A stretch of 64,000 bases of DNA from Xylographa opegraphella (taxonomy: Eukaryota): positions 186,001-250,000 of the forward strand of contig JALDZX010000024.1 in assembly GCA_022813865.1 (NCBI GenBank). Direction: 5' to 3'. The notes under the pieces are model-generated. The model saw only the letters and a program-made list of their open reading frames with translations. It ran no database searches and was not told the origin of the DNA. The translations under genes and the position numbers were made by a program. Of the stretch, positions 39,778 to 53,474 are shown in pieces. The first letter of the stretch is position 1. Each line of letters starts with the position of its first letter.

Positions 39778-41493
39778 TCAACCTTCTTTTTCCACTTCCT
39801 CCTCCTTTGCGTTCTCTTCGAGCCAGCTGCCGAACTTGTCTAAGCGCTTACCCTCCTCTTCATCCTGGGCGGCACCTTCCACCACATCAACGTCGATGTT
39901 GGCTTTCTTCTCATTGCTCTTGGCGAACTTCTCGGCGCCGGTGGCGATGTAGGCGATAACATGCTTGCTGGAGAAGAAGCGACCGCTCATGACCTGTAAA
40001 GATAATGTGTTAGGAGAGGACGGACGACGGGTGTTGTGGGGAGGTTCTAATGGGGGATAGGAAACGGGGAGGAAAAAGGCACGCCAGGGAATGTGTGCAT
40101 ATCACGGTGAAATCTTGCTCAGAAAACATAGACAATGGACTTTACCTTCACGCAAGCGTTGGCAGCTTCGGGGTTCGAATATCGCACGCTGGCCACACCG
40201 TCAGGTTCCTTGTCGAAGAGTACCACGTTCGTGACTTCGCCGAGCTTGGCGCACTCTTCGCGGATGTCTTCCTTGATATCGAGCATCGCAGCCGGATCTT
40301 CCTGGGCAATGTTAGGTCGGGCAAGGTGGAAGGAATTGCATCACCGGCTCCACGGAAGAGACGACTGGACGTACTTCTAGTTCTTCAAGAGTGAACATGT
40401 GCTTCAGTATGACAACCTTATCCCATCGAGAGCTAACTTCCTGTATCGCTGAAGGATCATCATCGTCCCAGTCCGCGAGCTTACTATGGTCTCAATCAGA
40501 TCGGTTCTTGCAAGGAAAAACGTGGTATCCACGCTGTAGACGTACTTGTTCAGCTTCTGGGTCTTTTTGATAATCTTCTTCTTATCCTTCATATTACTCT
40601 TCGGCGGCGCGTCCTTTTGCGTCTTGTAACTGAAATCCGCCGCAACGACCCTCATCTTTCCAGCCGGTGCTGCCTGTCCAAATCTGAAGTCTGTGTCATC
40701 GAGCATCTGGATGGCGAGATCCACGCTCTCGGGCCGGAAGTAGAGTATCAGAGCGTCGCCTTTGAAATTGCCCTGATCGTCCGTGTATAGCTTGATCCGC
40801 GGTTTGCCTCGATCGATCTCCTCGGCGATGACGCCACATTTCGAAAAGACGGACTGCACCTCCTCTTCATCGGTATCCAGAGGCAGGTTCGTGATGTAAA
40901 TGGCCGTGTTCTTGCGCTCGCGGGGCTCCGGCGTAGGTTTCGACTTCTTCGTCGTTACGAGGCGGCCACCTTCTTCCTAAGCACCACAATACCGTCAGTC
41001 TTATCCGCGCCCTGACTGCGTGACCATCCGAGGAGAGACCTACGTCCTGTCCGTTCACGTATTCCTGCTTTCTCTTCTTCTTCGGCAACACGGCCGGCTC
41101 CGACTCATCCACGCCTTCCACCGCATACGCTTTTCGCTGCTGCTCCAGTAATGCGTCGTCCAGCTGTAAACCCCGCGAGCACGCCAGGGACGCAATTAGA
41201 AACCGCTCGCTCGAGCAAAGGAGGATGCGTTCGTGGATGATTCAACACGAAAGCGTGGAGTGTCAAGCGCATGCACAGAGAGCGGGGGCGCCCTTGGTGG
41301 CGGGAGAGTGAGGGCGTACCACTGGGACCCATCTCTTCAGCGCGTCATCATACTCGTATTCTTGTTCGTCTTCAGCCTCCAGGATGAACTTGTCGGCGAC
41401 TTTCGAGAAGGAGACGCGCGGATCGGCGTCGAACTCTTCCGGGTTCTGTGGAAAGGTCGAGCGTGCGGGAGGTGAAGCTTCGGGGGGATCCAT
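39778..41493 (-). CDS. CUS2: U2 snRNP-associated splicing factor Cus2/Tat-SF1/Uap2 (RRM + UHM)
   Basis: Multi-exon. NTAIYITNLP, VFSKCGVIAE, RIKLYTDDQGNFKGDAL, LADWDDD, VVILKHMFTL, DIKEDIREECAKLGEVTNVV and MSGRFF. Confidence 0.9.
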
Positions 41494-42873
41494 GGCTAGA
41501 GAACGGTGCAGAATGAAATAGTGCTTGTAGGTGCTCCGGAAGCAGTGGAAGGACCACTCGTTACGTTGATAGAGCAAAGGTTGCCATGTTCACATTTCTC
41601 AGCCAATAGACATTATGGGACGGCACAATTAGCTAGTCACAAATTAGGTTAAGCCTCGATGATAAGGGTTATATTCCGACACCTTTTCTATAAATCTGAG
41701 TCCAAGAGGACAAAAGTAGTTTACTTCTGAGCGACCCAGGTATGCAAAACAAGAAATGTTGTACAAATAAAGCAAACATGGTATGTTATGCTCGACGATG
41801 CCAATGGAAAGTATAGTATATCAAAGCTTACAGCTCGCTCCCGCCTCGATCTCCCTTGGCAATAGCACAGAATATGCTCAAGCCTCGCACACACGACAAT
41901 CTGCCTGAACCGCCTCCTCTTCACTCTCGCCCAACACCCACGTTACCAGAATAATAGTCACACATGCGACTTTTCGTCGCTGTCCCATGCTTGTTCGCGC
42001 CCTCACGTGTCCCTAGAAATCTGGGGTGAAAGACACCAGTATTCCCCTAACCCATATCCCACGTCGCGTATCCATGACCCATGCCCAATATCACGACAGC
42101 AGCCGTATGCCCGTTAACCCCGTGACCGCAATTGCTCCAAGCTCGTACCTCTACCATTACGTCCTGGCCAAGGACATCAAAAGAACACTCGATGAAATAG
42201 ATCCGATTTGCATCCATGCTGAAAAGAATCGAAAAGAATCGAAAATGGTAAGCATTGAAAGTTTCGCTGCGTGCGTTTCTCCAGCACTGAAAAAGATAAG
42301 AAAGCTGAATTTCTGAAATCAAGAACCCACCCTCATTCACAAAGAGCAGAACGCAAACCAACCAACAATTTCTAAACAGCCAGAGTAGTATCATGCTTGC
42401 ACTGGTTGCACTGATGACTGAGAAGAAGAGCAGCGCGGATGGATGCTAGAGCGACATGTATCCAACACCGTAACTCCCTGAAATAAGACTGCTGGTTTCT
42501 CCGCTGCAAACCCATATTCCTACGGAAAGAAGCTCAGTGGCTCGTCTTGCAACGATATGAACCGTCCGAATATACACAGCGAAGACGCAGGAGCCACGGT
42601 TTCGGGAAGGGGGGATGTATCTTCCTCGCTGTGACCTCCTTTTACCCGGTTCGGTCGTCTGATTTTATTCGCAGTTTTGCCACTCCATTCGCCAGATCCG
42701 CGATGCCGTCGTTCAACCTCTGTAATCCGTCAACCAGTCGGTTGGACAGTCCTTTCTCATCTCTGTAGTCCTACTTGCCCTCCAATGGCTACCAGGGCTG
42801 AACCCCTCCACCCATCCGCTGTGAATGTCCTAACAATTGTAAGTTTTGGATATTAAACAGATCGGCATCGTGT

Positions 42874-45190
42874 CTAATAGCCCGACCACTGTTGCGGACC
42901 AGGATTACCCTGTCCTGCAGGAGGAGGTGCCCAGCCGTGGAGCCCGGCCGCCGTGCCTGCCGTTGTTTGGCCTTGCAGATATGTATGAGAGCTTTGGTTG
43001 GGCTGTGGGTACATCACATTTCGCCCTATTCCTCCCATACCGCCATATCCTGTCTGTGCGATGGGCATACCTGGGTAGCCTATCCCAGCACCATGCATCG
43101 AGCCGCTAGATTGGCCATGCTGGAGCTGAGGATGCGGTGCGTGCTGCTGTGGTGATTGCGAGGGATGGGGTGACTGAGAAGAGTGATGCTGTTGTTGTGG
43201 GTATTGCGGCATACCCGTATGGTGTGCCGCAACCGGGGACTGCTGTGGTTGAGGGGGTGGCTGTCCCCAAAGTGAAGACGGTTGGGGATACCCATACGGA
43301 GAGCCTTGCTGAACATTGGTGGATGAGTACGATAAATTCGACGGCCGATGTTGGACTTGGTCCGGCCGCATCGGCTGGTGCGCGGTGCGACTCGGGGATT
43401 GCGCCACATGATTCTGCTGATGTGGCTGTTGGGAATACGCAGAGCTGCTGATGATTTGGGAGCTTTGATGGGGATGCATAGCTTGTTGTCCGGTGTTGAT
43501 CATGTTGCTCGAGACCAGTTGCGGCGATTGGAGTGCTTGACTGATCGGCGGGCTTGTCTCTGAGCCCTGCTGCAGAGGCGAAGATACTGATATTCGTCGC
43601 TCTTGATTCCAGTGGTTGTCCAGATATCTCCCGCGTTGTGCTGATTGCTGGTTGAGGACTTTGCTGAACTCGGCACTCTGATTTGCCTGATTCATGATTT
43701 CGGTCGTCGAACTCGGCTGGATGCGGTCCTGGTACGGCGTACCGGTAACTTCCTGCCGCGGCCGTGGTATGTTGCCGTAGTCTCTGAGATGTGTGGTTAT
43801 CATCGGGAGCTGTGCCACACCAGGAACCATCGAACCCGCAAAGTCAGGTTGCAACGGCTGCGGGTGACTGTGAATGTCGCCTGGAGCGGCGACATTGCTG
43901 TAAACCACGTTTGGGTGGTGGCCGAGGGCAGCGGCGGTGGCAGCTTCGGCAGCCTGCGCCTCTCGTGCTGCTTTAGCCCCTCCCGGTCTCTTTTCACCGG
44001 CCATGTCCTCTTCGGTAAAGCCTTGCTTCCTCGCCTTCGCCTCCCAGTAATCGTCCCGCACTCGCCGGCCGTTGTTGATGACCCGACTCCCGAATTGGCG
44101 AAACATTGACTTCGCAGTCACAATTGCAATCTGCCGCGATCGATACGAGTACGGCAGGATTTCCTGGTGGATGAGGTCGTCCTTCTCCGGTTGGGTGGCA
44201 ATGATTTTGTAGAGCGAGCGGTTCTTGTTGAAGAGGAGATACGAATCCCGGTATCCCAACACACGTGCGCATTCGGTAGCCAGCATGAACAGTTTGTCCC
44301 CTCTGTTCGGCACGAGAAAAGTGCGACACTTGTATTCGCGCCCGCCCAGTGCTTGGCCCGTCGGAGAGACCTTCTTCTCCCCCGCTTCGTCGTATTCCCG
44401 TGGTACATACTCGTCCCCTTCGGGGCTCAGCTGATCGGTCGTATGATCCCGTACCGTTGGCAACGCCTTCACCACGGTTTTGGTCGGCGTCAGCTTGGGA
44501 GGCGAGGTCTGCGTCGGCGTGATGTTTGCTTGCTGCGGAAGACTCTGGGTCTGAATCTGAGGAGTCTGCAATTGCGGCGGGAGGGGATGAGCGGGCTGGT
44601 GTGGAGTTGGCAACAGCGGGCTGTCTGGCAAACCTCCGCCGAGCGGCTTCGGCGGACGGCCTCGTTTCCGCGGCTTCTGGTTGTCTAGGTGCGCGACAGC
44701 GGGTTAGCCCTTTGACTCGGGGAGGTTGTCCGTCCGGCCCTCCCACTCTTCTCCGCCTTCGCAGCCAGCAGATGCATCCGGCTTGGGGTGTGAACATACC
44801 GTCCTCCCCTTGACCTCCCAGCGGCAGGTCCCCGTAGATATCGGGCGAGCGACTCCGCTTGACGCCCCGAGGACTCGAGCTCGGCGCATTGGTCGACGTC
44901 GGCGTCGGGAGCACGGAGACTGTAAAGAGTGAGGCGACAATGTCAGTTTGCGATACAACAGGGGGCCACCAAGCTATCAGGGTGAGCTAGAGCTTATATG
45001 CGCAAGACGGTCGGCAAGAGGGAACGACAAGAGGAAAAAGGTCGATGCGCGCAAGAGGAGGAAGGGCGGCGAAGGGTGGGGATTTACCAGGTGTATTCAA
45101 TGCAGCTGGGTTGATGGTCCCGGAGCCATCGATCATGTCGGCGCCCATCCCATTCATCGCAGTTGAGACTGGATGCGACGTGGTATACAT
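42874..45190 (-). CDS. RSC7: RSC chromatin-remodelling subunit Rsc7/Npl6-like
   Basis: Two 5' introns. AT-hook KRGRPPK; core GEKKVSPTGQALGGREYKCRTF...FMLATECARVLGYRDSYLLF...FRQFGSRVINNGRRVRDDYWE; Q/P/H-rich tail. Confidence 0.85.
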
Positions 45191-45522
45191 AACGGCCAAT
45201 TAGTTGCACGGCAGCGGAGGGTGTCTGTGACCCACGCCCACGTTGGGGATGTCGCACCTGGCGCGAGAGCAGGCGTTTTTTTGCAGCGCAGGGTAGGCAA
45301 AAGCGGATGAGTGCTTTTGGGGGGGGGGGTGGGGGTGGGTTTAACGATGATGCAACGTGGGGATCGAAGTTTGACGGGTGTGCCGGACGCGAGATTGGTG
45401 CATGCAGCTGAGCCGAATTGGGGGGAGACAAGATTCAGGATAGGAGGATCATTAGGTAGGATAGCGGGCGGTCGGGCTGACGCGCCCGGGGGGGGTCAAG
45501 CGGTTGAAGAGGGGGGAGGAGG

Positions 45523-45549
45523 GTGGTGGTGGTGGTGGTGGTGGTGGTG
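45523..45549. repeat. (GGT)n microsatellite
   Basis: About nine GGT units upstream of RSC7. Confidence 0.9.
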
Positions 45550-48500
45550 GCGCAAATAATGTCATCCACTCCACTTTTCCGAGCGAGCGTGTTCGTCGGC
45601 CAAGTAGTGCTTTCGGCCGGGGGCCACAGGCGTGCACGTAATAAACACGAGAGCCGAGAAAGCTTTTCGAGTTCGAGTGGGGAGCTTGGGGCTGGGAGGT
45701 TAAGGTAGGTTGGAGCTGGTCCTTGACGGATGGCAGGCAATGGGCGCGGATTGTGCTGGGTCTGAGAGTGCCGACCAAGCGTCACACCGAAGCGCTCCTG
45801 CGCATTGAGTGATTGGAAGGAAGGAGTGTGGTGTGTGTGGGTGTGAGTGTGTGAGTGGGCAGCAGGTTCAGGAATCAGGATAAGTTTAAGCTCGATCGGA
45901 ATAAAAGAAAATGCAGCACTTATTAATGGATGACGGTCGAGTAGCGTGATTGAAGGCGTGCTAACTTGCATCGGGGGATGAGGCGGATGGACAGGGATCA
46001 CGTTAGTGAAGGGCCGGAGCGCGGTATTCTTTTCATCGTTCTTCTTTTCCTCTGGCCCAAGATGCAAGGCTACCTATGTATGGGTCAGGGTAAGGTAAGG
46101 TAGGGTCAGGTAGGGTAAGGTGGTAGGTAGGGGACACATATGCTACTTGAAGGGGGAAGGGTTCGGTGATGTCGTCGATTGCAGCAGTCCCCCAATCAGG
46201 CGTCCTGAGGGGCAGATGCGGGCGCGCTGCGTACCAATCCAGACAAGTGCAGAGTCATGATGAGGCAAAAAGGTTAGCAGGGGGGGGTTCTCTGGGCGGA
46301 GGCTGTTCGTGGATCGGTGCCGAGGGAGGGCGCGGTTCTCTGTGGGCATCAGCCAAAGCGGCAACGGGTCTAGCGGAGCGAGCCTTGAATTGGCTCTGGT
46401 CCCAGGGGATGACCGGATCATCGAAAAGGTGCTGCTTGCGTGACTGCTGCTGCTCCTGCTCCTGCTACTCCATGCTACTGCTGCTGCTGCTCCGTGCCAA
46501 ATGCTAATGCGCCACCCAACAGTGGTCTCGTCTGCACACATGGAACACGGCGCAGGCCCCCACGAGTCTGGACGAAGGCAGATGGAGATAGGGGAGGATG
46601 CGTCGGTAAGGTAGACTGTTGGACGGGACGGGGGAGAGTTGAGATGAACGTTCGCTGCCGAAGATCCAAGGATCGCGGGTCGAGTCACATGGCCGGGATG
46701 CTTGCGTCCCCTAGCTCCCTCGCTCCGGCCCTTAGCGCGGGCGCACGACAAGAAGGAAAGAAAAAGGCTTGAGCTGCGGTGGCCGGCGGCGGGGATCCGT
46801 CGACTTGCTGATGGCAGCCGAGCTAAGGCACGCTCCCTGATAGCTGCACGATCCCGCTTGCCTCTTCTACGCGGGAACCATGAGGCGGCATGGATGATGG
46901 GGAGAGGATGGATTGGCAATAATGAGATTACGGAGCAAATGATCTAGGCATTCCGCGCCCAGGCTGGAGTCTGGGGGATGGAAAGCAGAAGACAGGGCCC
47001 GCGGCAAGGAACGACTGGCATGCAAGGGATTACTGCACCACCCAAACGAGTAATGAATGCACTTCCCCTTCCCAAGCACGCCCCTCGGTCGCGAGTCGTG
47101 TTCACACTGTCCCATGCTTTCCCCAATCCCCATTTGTCGCTGCAGGCGCCGAATCCCCCAAGCGTCCATCCCACTGCTGCCGGCCAGTGCTCTCGCGTGT
47201 CCGGACTGACGATGCGGGACCGATTGCGATGACTGTTGATTACCGACCGCGCCCTCGCCGCACGCATACATAATCTTCATGGGTGACCATGATCGGATGG
47301 CCGTGGGGAGCAGAAAGCATGGTGGATAGGGGAGGTGAAGCGATGCATGAGATGCCACAGTCGGCCACCACTCGACGTCGTAGCCACCACCATGCGTCCA
47401 CCGCGCCGCAGAGCTGCCGCAATCGAGGGGCGTCGAAGTCGCAATCTCGAGATGAGCCATCCATCCCCGGAGCAGTTGAGGACGGGTACGTCGATCTTAG
47501 CGGATGGGAGGACGCGTTCTGCCCGTTTGAGGGTGTGTCCACCATCGGGAAGCTCGAACGGGGCGGCGGCACGTCCAACCACCCACCCTTCCGACCGAGA
47601 TGAGAATTCGACGAATGGCATGCACGGGAAAAGCAATCATACGGCGCCCCGAGGGCTTCCTCATCGACTTCCGTGGAAAACTGACAATCCATCGCACGGT
47701 CCTATATTCGTCTGGATTCGGTCTGCCCATGGTCGATAGCTGCTCCCATCAATATTTGTCAGGGTGCAGGGGAAGTCAGATCCATCGAAAACTGGCTCCC
47801 TCGGAATCCTGATCACTGATTGGCCAGGGGACGGCCGGAGCAATCAACTGGTCGGTGGCTGCTCCGGGGCTGCTCCGGGGGGCGGCACCCGTGCATCCTC
47901 CACGGGCAAACACCCCCCCAGCTAAGGGGGGATCGACCTTGGCCGCACGGCTGCACTAGATCAGCAGCAAGTCAACGACGGCAGCGGGTAGACGATGCGC
48001 AATGTGGATGGGCAAGGAAAAGCTGCGATAGGCAGGCAAAAATAACAAACTATTCTTGGAGGTGGCATGTTGGTTTCAACGCCGAAACACCAGAGGCTTT
48101 GCCAGTGCAGATAGAGTACACAACGTGCGGAATCCATCATGCCTCGAACCTTTGCTTGCTTCGAAAACGAGAGACTGCGGTAGCGCAGAGCGGTCATGAC
48201 AACCAAGTGACGGAATCGAAAGATTGCTACCTTCCCTAACGGAGGCCATCGGCCCTTTCCAAGTATGACGGCGCGGTCCTCATTGGTTGAGGGGGAAGTC
48301 CCGCCATGCCTCAAGCGGAATCAAAACGACTGTCCGAAGCGCTCAGGATTCGTCGAGCCACTCTATCGGAACTGGAGTCATCCTCGTACATTTTCCCTGG
48401 AAAATGTGATCGAGAAGCACGTCGGTGCTGTCTGTTAGGGTCGGGGCCTTTTGCGTCGTCGTCACCACCGTCCGAGGTGGTCGATGCACATGCCATTCGT

Positions 48501-49810
48501 CCCCAAGATCGTTGTGTGGGGCTGTGAGGACGTTTCGAAGCGTCGCACAAAGATGCGTTTCAGATGACAGTCTCAAAAGTCGTGCTGCATGGCTGCGGTC
48601 GACTAATTGTAGACTCCGCAGAGGGATCCTGGTGGAGCACGTTGTCTCAGCGCGTCCTGTGGGCTGCAAAGAACTGCGCACACCCCGCCGCCTTTCGAGG
48701 GGACGGTGTGTCGATGCCAAAGTGCCCCGCCCCGCCGACTTTAGTTCACGAGGTGTTGCCTGCTGATTTGTGCAGATGACCCGCTCGACGTGAGACAGCA
48801 CACCCTCACGAGCAGCGCTGCGGTGATCAACCACGCTAGTGTGAAGGCTCGTCCCGCCTGCTGCAGAATCGAGGCTATAAGGGACGAATGCACGTCCATC
48901 CCGGAACGTCGAGCCTGGGACTGGTGCGGCGAGGCGGGAGAACCATCGACTCTGCCACTGTCAGAGATCACTCTTATCTACGAGACCGGGCATTCGAAAT
49001 GCGGCATTAAAAATGCCAAAAGGCTCGGCCCGTGGCTCTCTTCGATCCTCGAACCATTAAGATAGCGCCCAATATACTGTGTTGCAGAACGAGGTTGTGA
49101 TGGCCGATGCAACATGACCGTCACTGGAGGCCATGTCGTAGTCTCAATAAAGCCCCGCTCTCCCATCAACCATACATGAGACGGACTGCGCGTAGTCGGT
49201 AGCAGATGCAAGTTGTCCGATGCATTACTTGGTCGGCTCAAAAATCTTCCCATATGCGGAGGAGGGAGGTGCATAATATCCGGCAAGTCCAGCGTTGGAT
49301 TCTCGGGCCATCAACGACGAGGTACGCAATCCGAATCTGTCTCGGCCGGCAGGCCACTCCGCCAGCCATACGTGTCCATTACCACGGGCGAGTCAGGCTC
49401 GAAGACAGTCAAGTCACGTGGGAATGATGGAGAGCTCTCAATGAATCTGCAAAGCAAGCTGCAGATGATTTTGCAAAAGCAGCCATATCCAAAAATAGGA
49501 TCGCTCCTTGTCTCAATAGCAAAGCTACCGTCACTATCCCCTATGAAATAAATCCCCTATCAAATAAAAGTCTGTAATCTTTTGTGACCCCACGTCTAGC
49601 CCAGAGAACATGGTTGAAGATTCTCCGGAACGCCATCGCTAAAAATCGACAGATGCAGCCTCTGCGGCGCTCTATGTTGAATTGGTACATAACCCCAGCC
49701 ACCCTTTCAAAGCGCCTTGAATTTGTTGAAAACAAAGCAAAATGCTATCACCTCTTCGTACAACGGCCATGCATGAAGCCAGCGATGTTGAGTCGCTCGG
49801 TCCGGGGATC

Positions 49811-51183
49811 CTAGTAGCGCAGGGTCTTTGGCTTTTCCCATGTGAAGCTCTGATCGGTGAAATGACCGTTCTTGGCCGTGTTGCAGTAAATCGGCTTGAT
49901 GAGATCGAGCTCTTTCACTATGACACCTGGCCTCAGGTCGAAGTTGTCCCTGATGATGGTGACCAGTTCCTCTGAAGATCTGTCCGAGGTTCCATATGTT
50001 TCCACGAACATTGATAGCGGCTCGGCCACACCAATGGCATATGACAATTGCACCAAAGCTCGACGTGCCAGTTTGGCATGGACCAGTGATTTGGCGATCC
50101 ATCGTGCAAGGTAAGCAGCAGATCGGTCAACCTTGGAGTAGTCTTTGCCAGAGAAAGCTCCGCCTCCATGGGCACCCCAGCCACCATATGTGTCGACGAT
50201 GATCTTTCGACCGGTTAAACCAGCGTCTCCTTGTGGTCCACCAATGACGAATCGTCCCGAGGGTTGGATCTGGAGTCGTTCAGTGTAAGCAGGCTACAAC
50301 AAGGAGATTTCTCACGTGATACACAGTCCGATCATCAAGAAGATGCGGAGGAATGGATTTCTTGATTATCTTTTCCTTAATCTCTTTCCGAAGCTCCTCT
50401 GTACTGATTGTATCACTATGCTGAGCACTGACAACAACAGTGTCCACGCGCTTTGGGACGACAGCGCCATCGTCATGTTCGTACTCAATCGTGACCTGAG
50501 TCTTCGTGTCTGGTCGGAGCCATGGTAAAGTTCCATCATTCCGAGCATCCTTCATGGCCTTGTTCAGTTTGTGGGCAAGCTGGATAGTCAACGGCATGTA
50601 TTCGGGAGTTTCGTCGGTTGCATAGCCGAACATTATGCCCTGATCTCCAGCACCCAGCTTCTCCAGTGCCTCTTCATAGTGGAGACCTTGAGCAATATCT
50701 GGTGATTGTTGCTCAATTGCTACTAATACATTGCAGGTTTTGTAGTCAAAGCCCTTGTCTGAACTATCGTAGCCAATGTCCTTGATCGTATCACGGATGA
50801 CCTTCTGGAAGTCGAGACGTGCTTTGGTGGTGATCTCTCCGAATACCATTATCATCCCTAAGAGAGAATCAGAAGCGATCTTACATATTCCGCGGAGAAT
50901 TTACCAGTCTTCGTAGCGGTTTCGCAAGCAACCTGCACGGTTATTCAGCTCCACGAATGTTAAGTCAGTCAGCATTGTCACCCACCTTAGAGAGGGGATC
51001 CTCGGCAAGACATGCATCAAGAATGGCATCAGATACCTGATCGCTGAGTGGTAGATGTTTCAGCCATCATTCTCCCGCTTCGTCCGAAATTTATACGTAC
51101 GCAATTTTGTCTGGATGCCCCTCACCGACCGATTCGGAGGTGAAGAGGAAGGTTTGCTTCACGCCATTGGTTGCACCGACCAT
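49811..51183 (-). CDS. SAM2: S-adenosylmethionine synthetase
   Basis: [53 protein letters not shown] and [16 protein letters not shown]. Four introns. Confidence 0.98.
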
Positions 51184-51531
51184 GATTGCTGAGATATCTC
51201 GGGTGTGTACTGTAATCGACTATAATAAAGAAGCAGTGTGAGGAGATTAATTTTGTTGATACCGAGTATATAATTGCGCAATTGACGAATATGCGAAATG
51301 TAACCTTCAAAGAGCGGTGGAACTTTCAGTCTCACGCCATTTTTCACCGCCCGGCAAAATCTGCGATATCGCTACGAAGTACCGGAAATTAGCGTAGGGC
51401 TCGCTTATCTTAGTGCCAAAAATCCATATATGGGTAGCTAGGTAGGTAGCAAAAGAGTGTCTGTCAAGGTTCGATAGTCTATGCATCTTTGAAGCCGAGC
51501 TTCATCTCTAACCCTACAGCAGTACCCAGTG
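51184..51531. promoter_or_regulatory. Compact (about 350 bp) divergent promoter region between SAM2 and GPN3
   Basis: Head-to-head ATGs at 51183 (-) and 51532 (+). Contains CTTATCTTAGTGC (51404-51416) and an imperfect 9-bp inverted repeat (51314-51322 / 51342-51350). Confidence 0.7.
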
Positions 51532-52541
51532 ATGAGTAAATTTGGAGTTCTGGTGATGGGTCCGGCCGGAGCCGGCAAGGTGTGCGCGTTCCTTCTCCCT
51601 CCTGCTCAATCCCTTATTAACTCTCGGATAGACAACATTCTGCGCCGCCTTGATACAGCATCTACGTAACAACAAGCGTTCATGTTTTTATGTTAATTTA
51701 GATCCTGCAGCGGAAGACTTTGTGTATGAGCCAGATCTCGATATCAAGGATCTCATTTCACTTGAGGATGTTATGGAAGAGATTGGTTTAGGGCCAAATG
51801 GGGGTCTAATTTATTGCTTTGAGTAGGTAGGTGACCTCAACAAGTGTCTGATACAGAGCTGAATGTAGATCACCCAGATTTCTGCTGGATAACCTCGACT
51901 TTCTTACTGAAGCTATTGATCCACTCACGGAAGAATATCTCATTGTAATAGATATGCCTGGTCAGATAGAGCTTTACACGCACATTCCTGTTGTCCCAAC
52001 GCTGGTCAGGCATATGACTCGATCCGGTGCTCTGAACGTCAACCTTTGTGCAACATATCTACTCGAATCCACCTTTATCATAGATCGCGCAAAGTACTTT
52101 GCAGGAACTCTCTCAGCAATGAGTGCAATGATCATGCTTGAGATTCCTCATGTCAACGTGTTTAGTAAGATGGATCTGGTCAAAGGTTCTGTGCCGAGAA
52201 AGGAGCTCAAGAGATTCATTGATCCGGATTCATCGCTTCTCGAGGACGATCCAACGGAGGCACGTGCGGTGACTGCTTCGGCCGACACTTTGGGCATAGA
52301 TCCGTCCGGTGCAGAGTCGATGATGGCAGGAGGAAGCTTCAAACGACTCAACCGTGCTGTTGCGCAGCTCATTGATGACTTCAGCATAGTTTCATTTCTT
52401 CAATTGGACGTGCAGGACGAAGACAGCGTAGGAGCAATCTTGAGCTACATCGACGATGCTATCCAATTTCACGAAGCGCAAGAGCCAAGAGAACCAATCG
52501 ATGAGCTTGAAAACTCGTACAATGATGAAGAAATGTCGTAA
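51532..52541 (+). CDS. GPN3: GPN-loop GTPase 3
   Basis: [52 protein letters not shown] and [12 protein letters not shown]. Two introns. Confidence 0.93.
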
Positions 52542-52890
52542 ACGACGAAATGGAGCACTGCAAGGGTGCCCAAACCCTGCCATTAAAAATACCATCTTGT
52601 GTTACCTCAAATTGAGCATGGTTAATGCCAATTCGAGAAAGGCAGAAGCTTTTTATGGCGTTCAGCAGCATAGCAATGGTGTTGAAAGGCGTGGCTGAAA
52701 GGCATATTGTACAATTCAGAATTGGGAAATTCGAGAGCCAGGTATTGGCTCCTCTGCAATTCGAATTATAGCCATAATTGTGGGGCGTGACATTCAGGAC
52801 TTCGAAGAGAAAGCAATACTCTTCCTGTTTGAGCGGGATTACTCTGTTGCAACATTCTTCGTGGTGACAGACGCCTTCAACGACATAGGA

Positions 52891-53474
52891 TCAATACCAA
52901 CCGCCACCTCTCGTTCTTCCTCTTGGGGCTCTTCTTTCGCTATTCCTTGCCTGAGCCATCTTCGCTTTGCCTTTAGTTTGACCAAGCCGCTCTCCTTCAT
53001 CTTCTAACGCAGCAAAATAACCCAAAACCCAACCAAGATCTTCCAAGCTCTGCTCGACACCTCTTTGATACACGTAAAATCCCGCGAGCGCCACCGCTGC
53101 CCATAGAAGCAATTTCAGCACCAAGCTTATCCAGTATATAATCTGTCGCCGCAGAATATCCAACACCCTCAAAGAAATCCATGCGACCAGAACTATGACA
53201 ACAAGAGTTGCAATATCTGGAGCATCACTCAATCGGGAGAATACCATCCTCGTAAGCCGGTAGAGAGGCCATAACGTTGGGAAGAGGTACTTGTAGGCAT
53301 AGGACTGGGCGTAGTAGATATAACGCATGAAGGGGCGGATATATGGTTGGTATGGGGTGTAGTACGTGGTGTAGAGGTTGAACAATAGTGGCAGATAGTC
53401 TAAGCAATGGTCAGCAGTGTATATCATCGACAAACGAATTCAGCATGCTGTTGCTTACCTTGGAACAGGTCCAT
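52891..53474 (-). CDS. Small nuclear-envelope membrane protein, Apq12-like
   Basis: MDLFQ|DYLPLL across one intron. Two hydrophobic helices, PDIATLVVIVLVAWISLRVLD and YWISLVLKLLLWAAVALAGFYVYQRG, followed by a basic tail. Confidence 0.65.

Noticed and set aside
51210..51265. 5' UTR intron of SAM2 ending in a UACAG acceptor (METT-10-like control)
   Set aside because: The donor is weak, the following sequence (UACAGUAC) does not fit the motif, and a TATA-like element just upstream suggests transcription starts inside the supposed intron.
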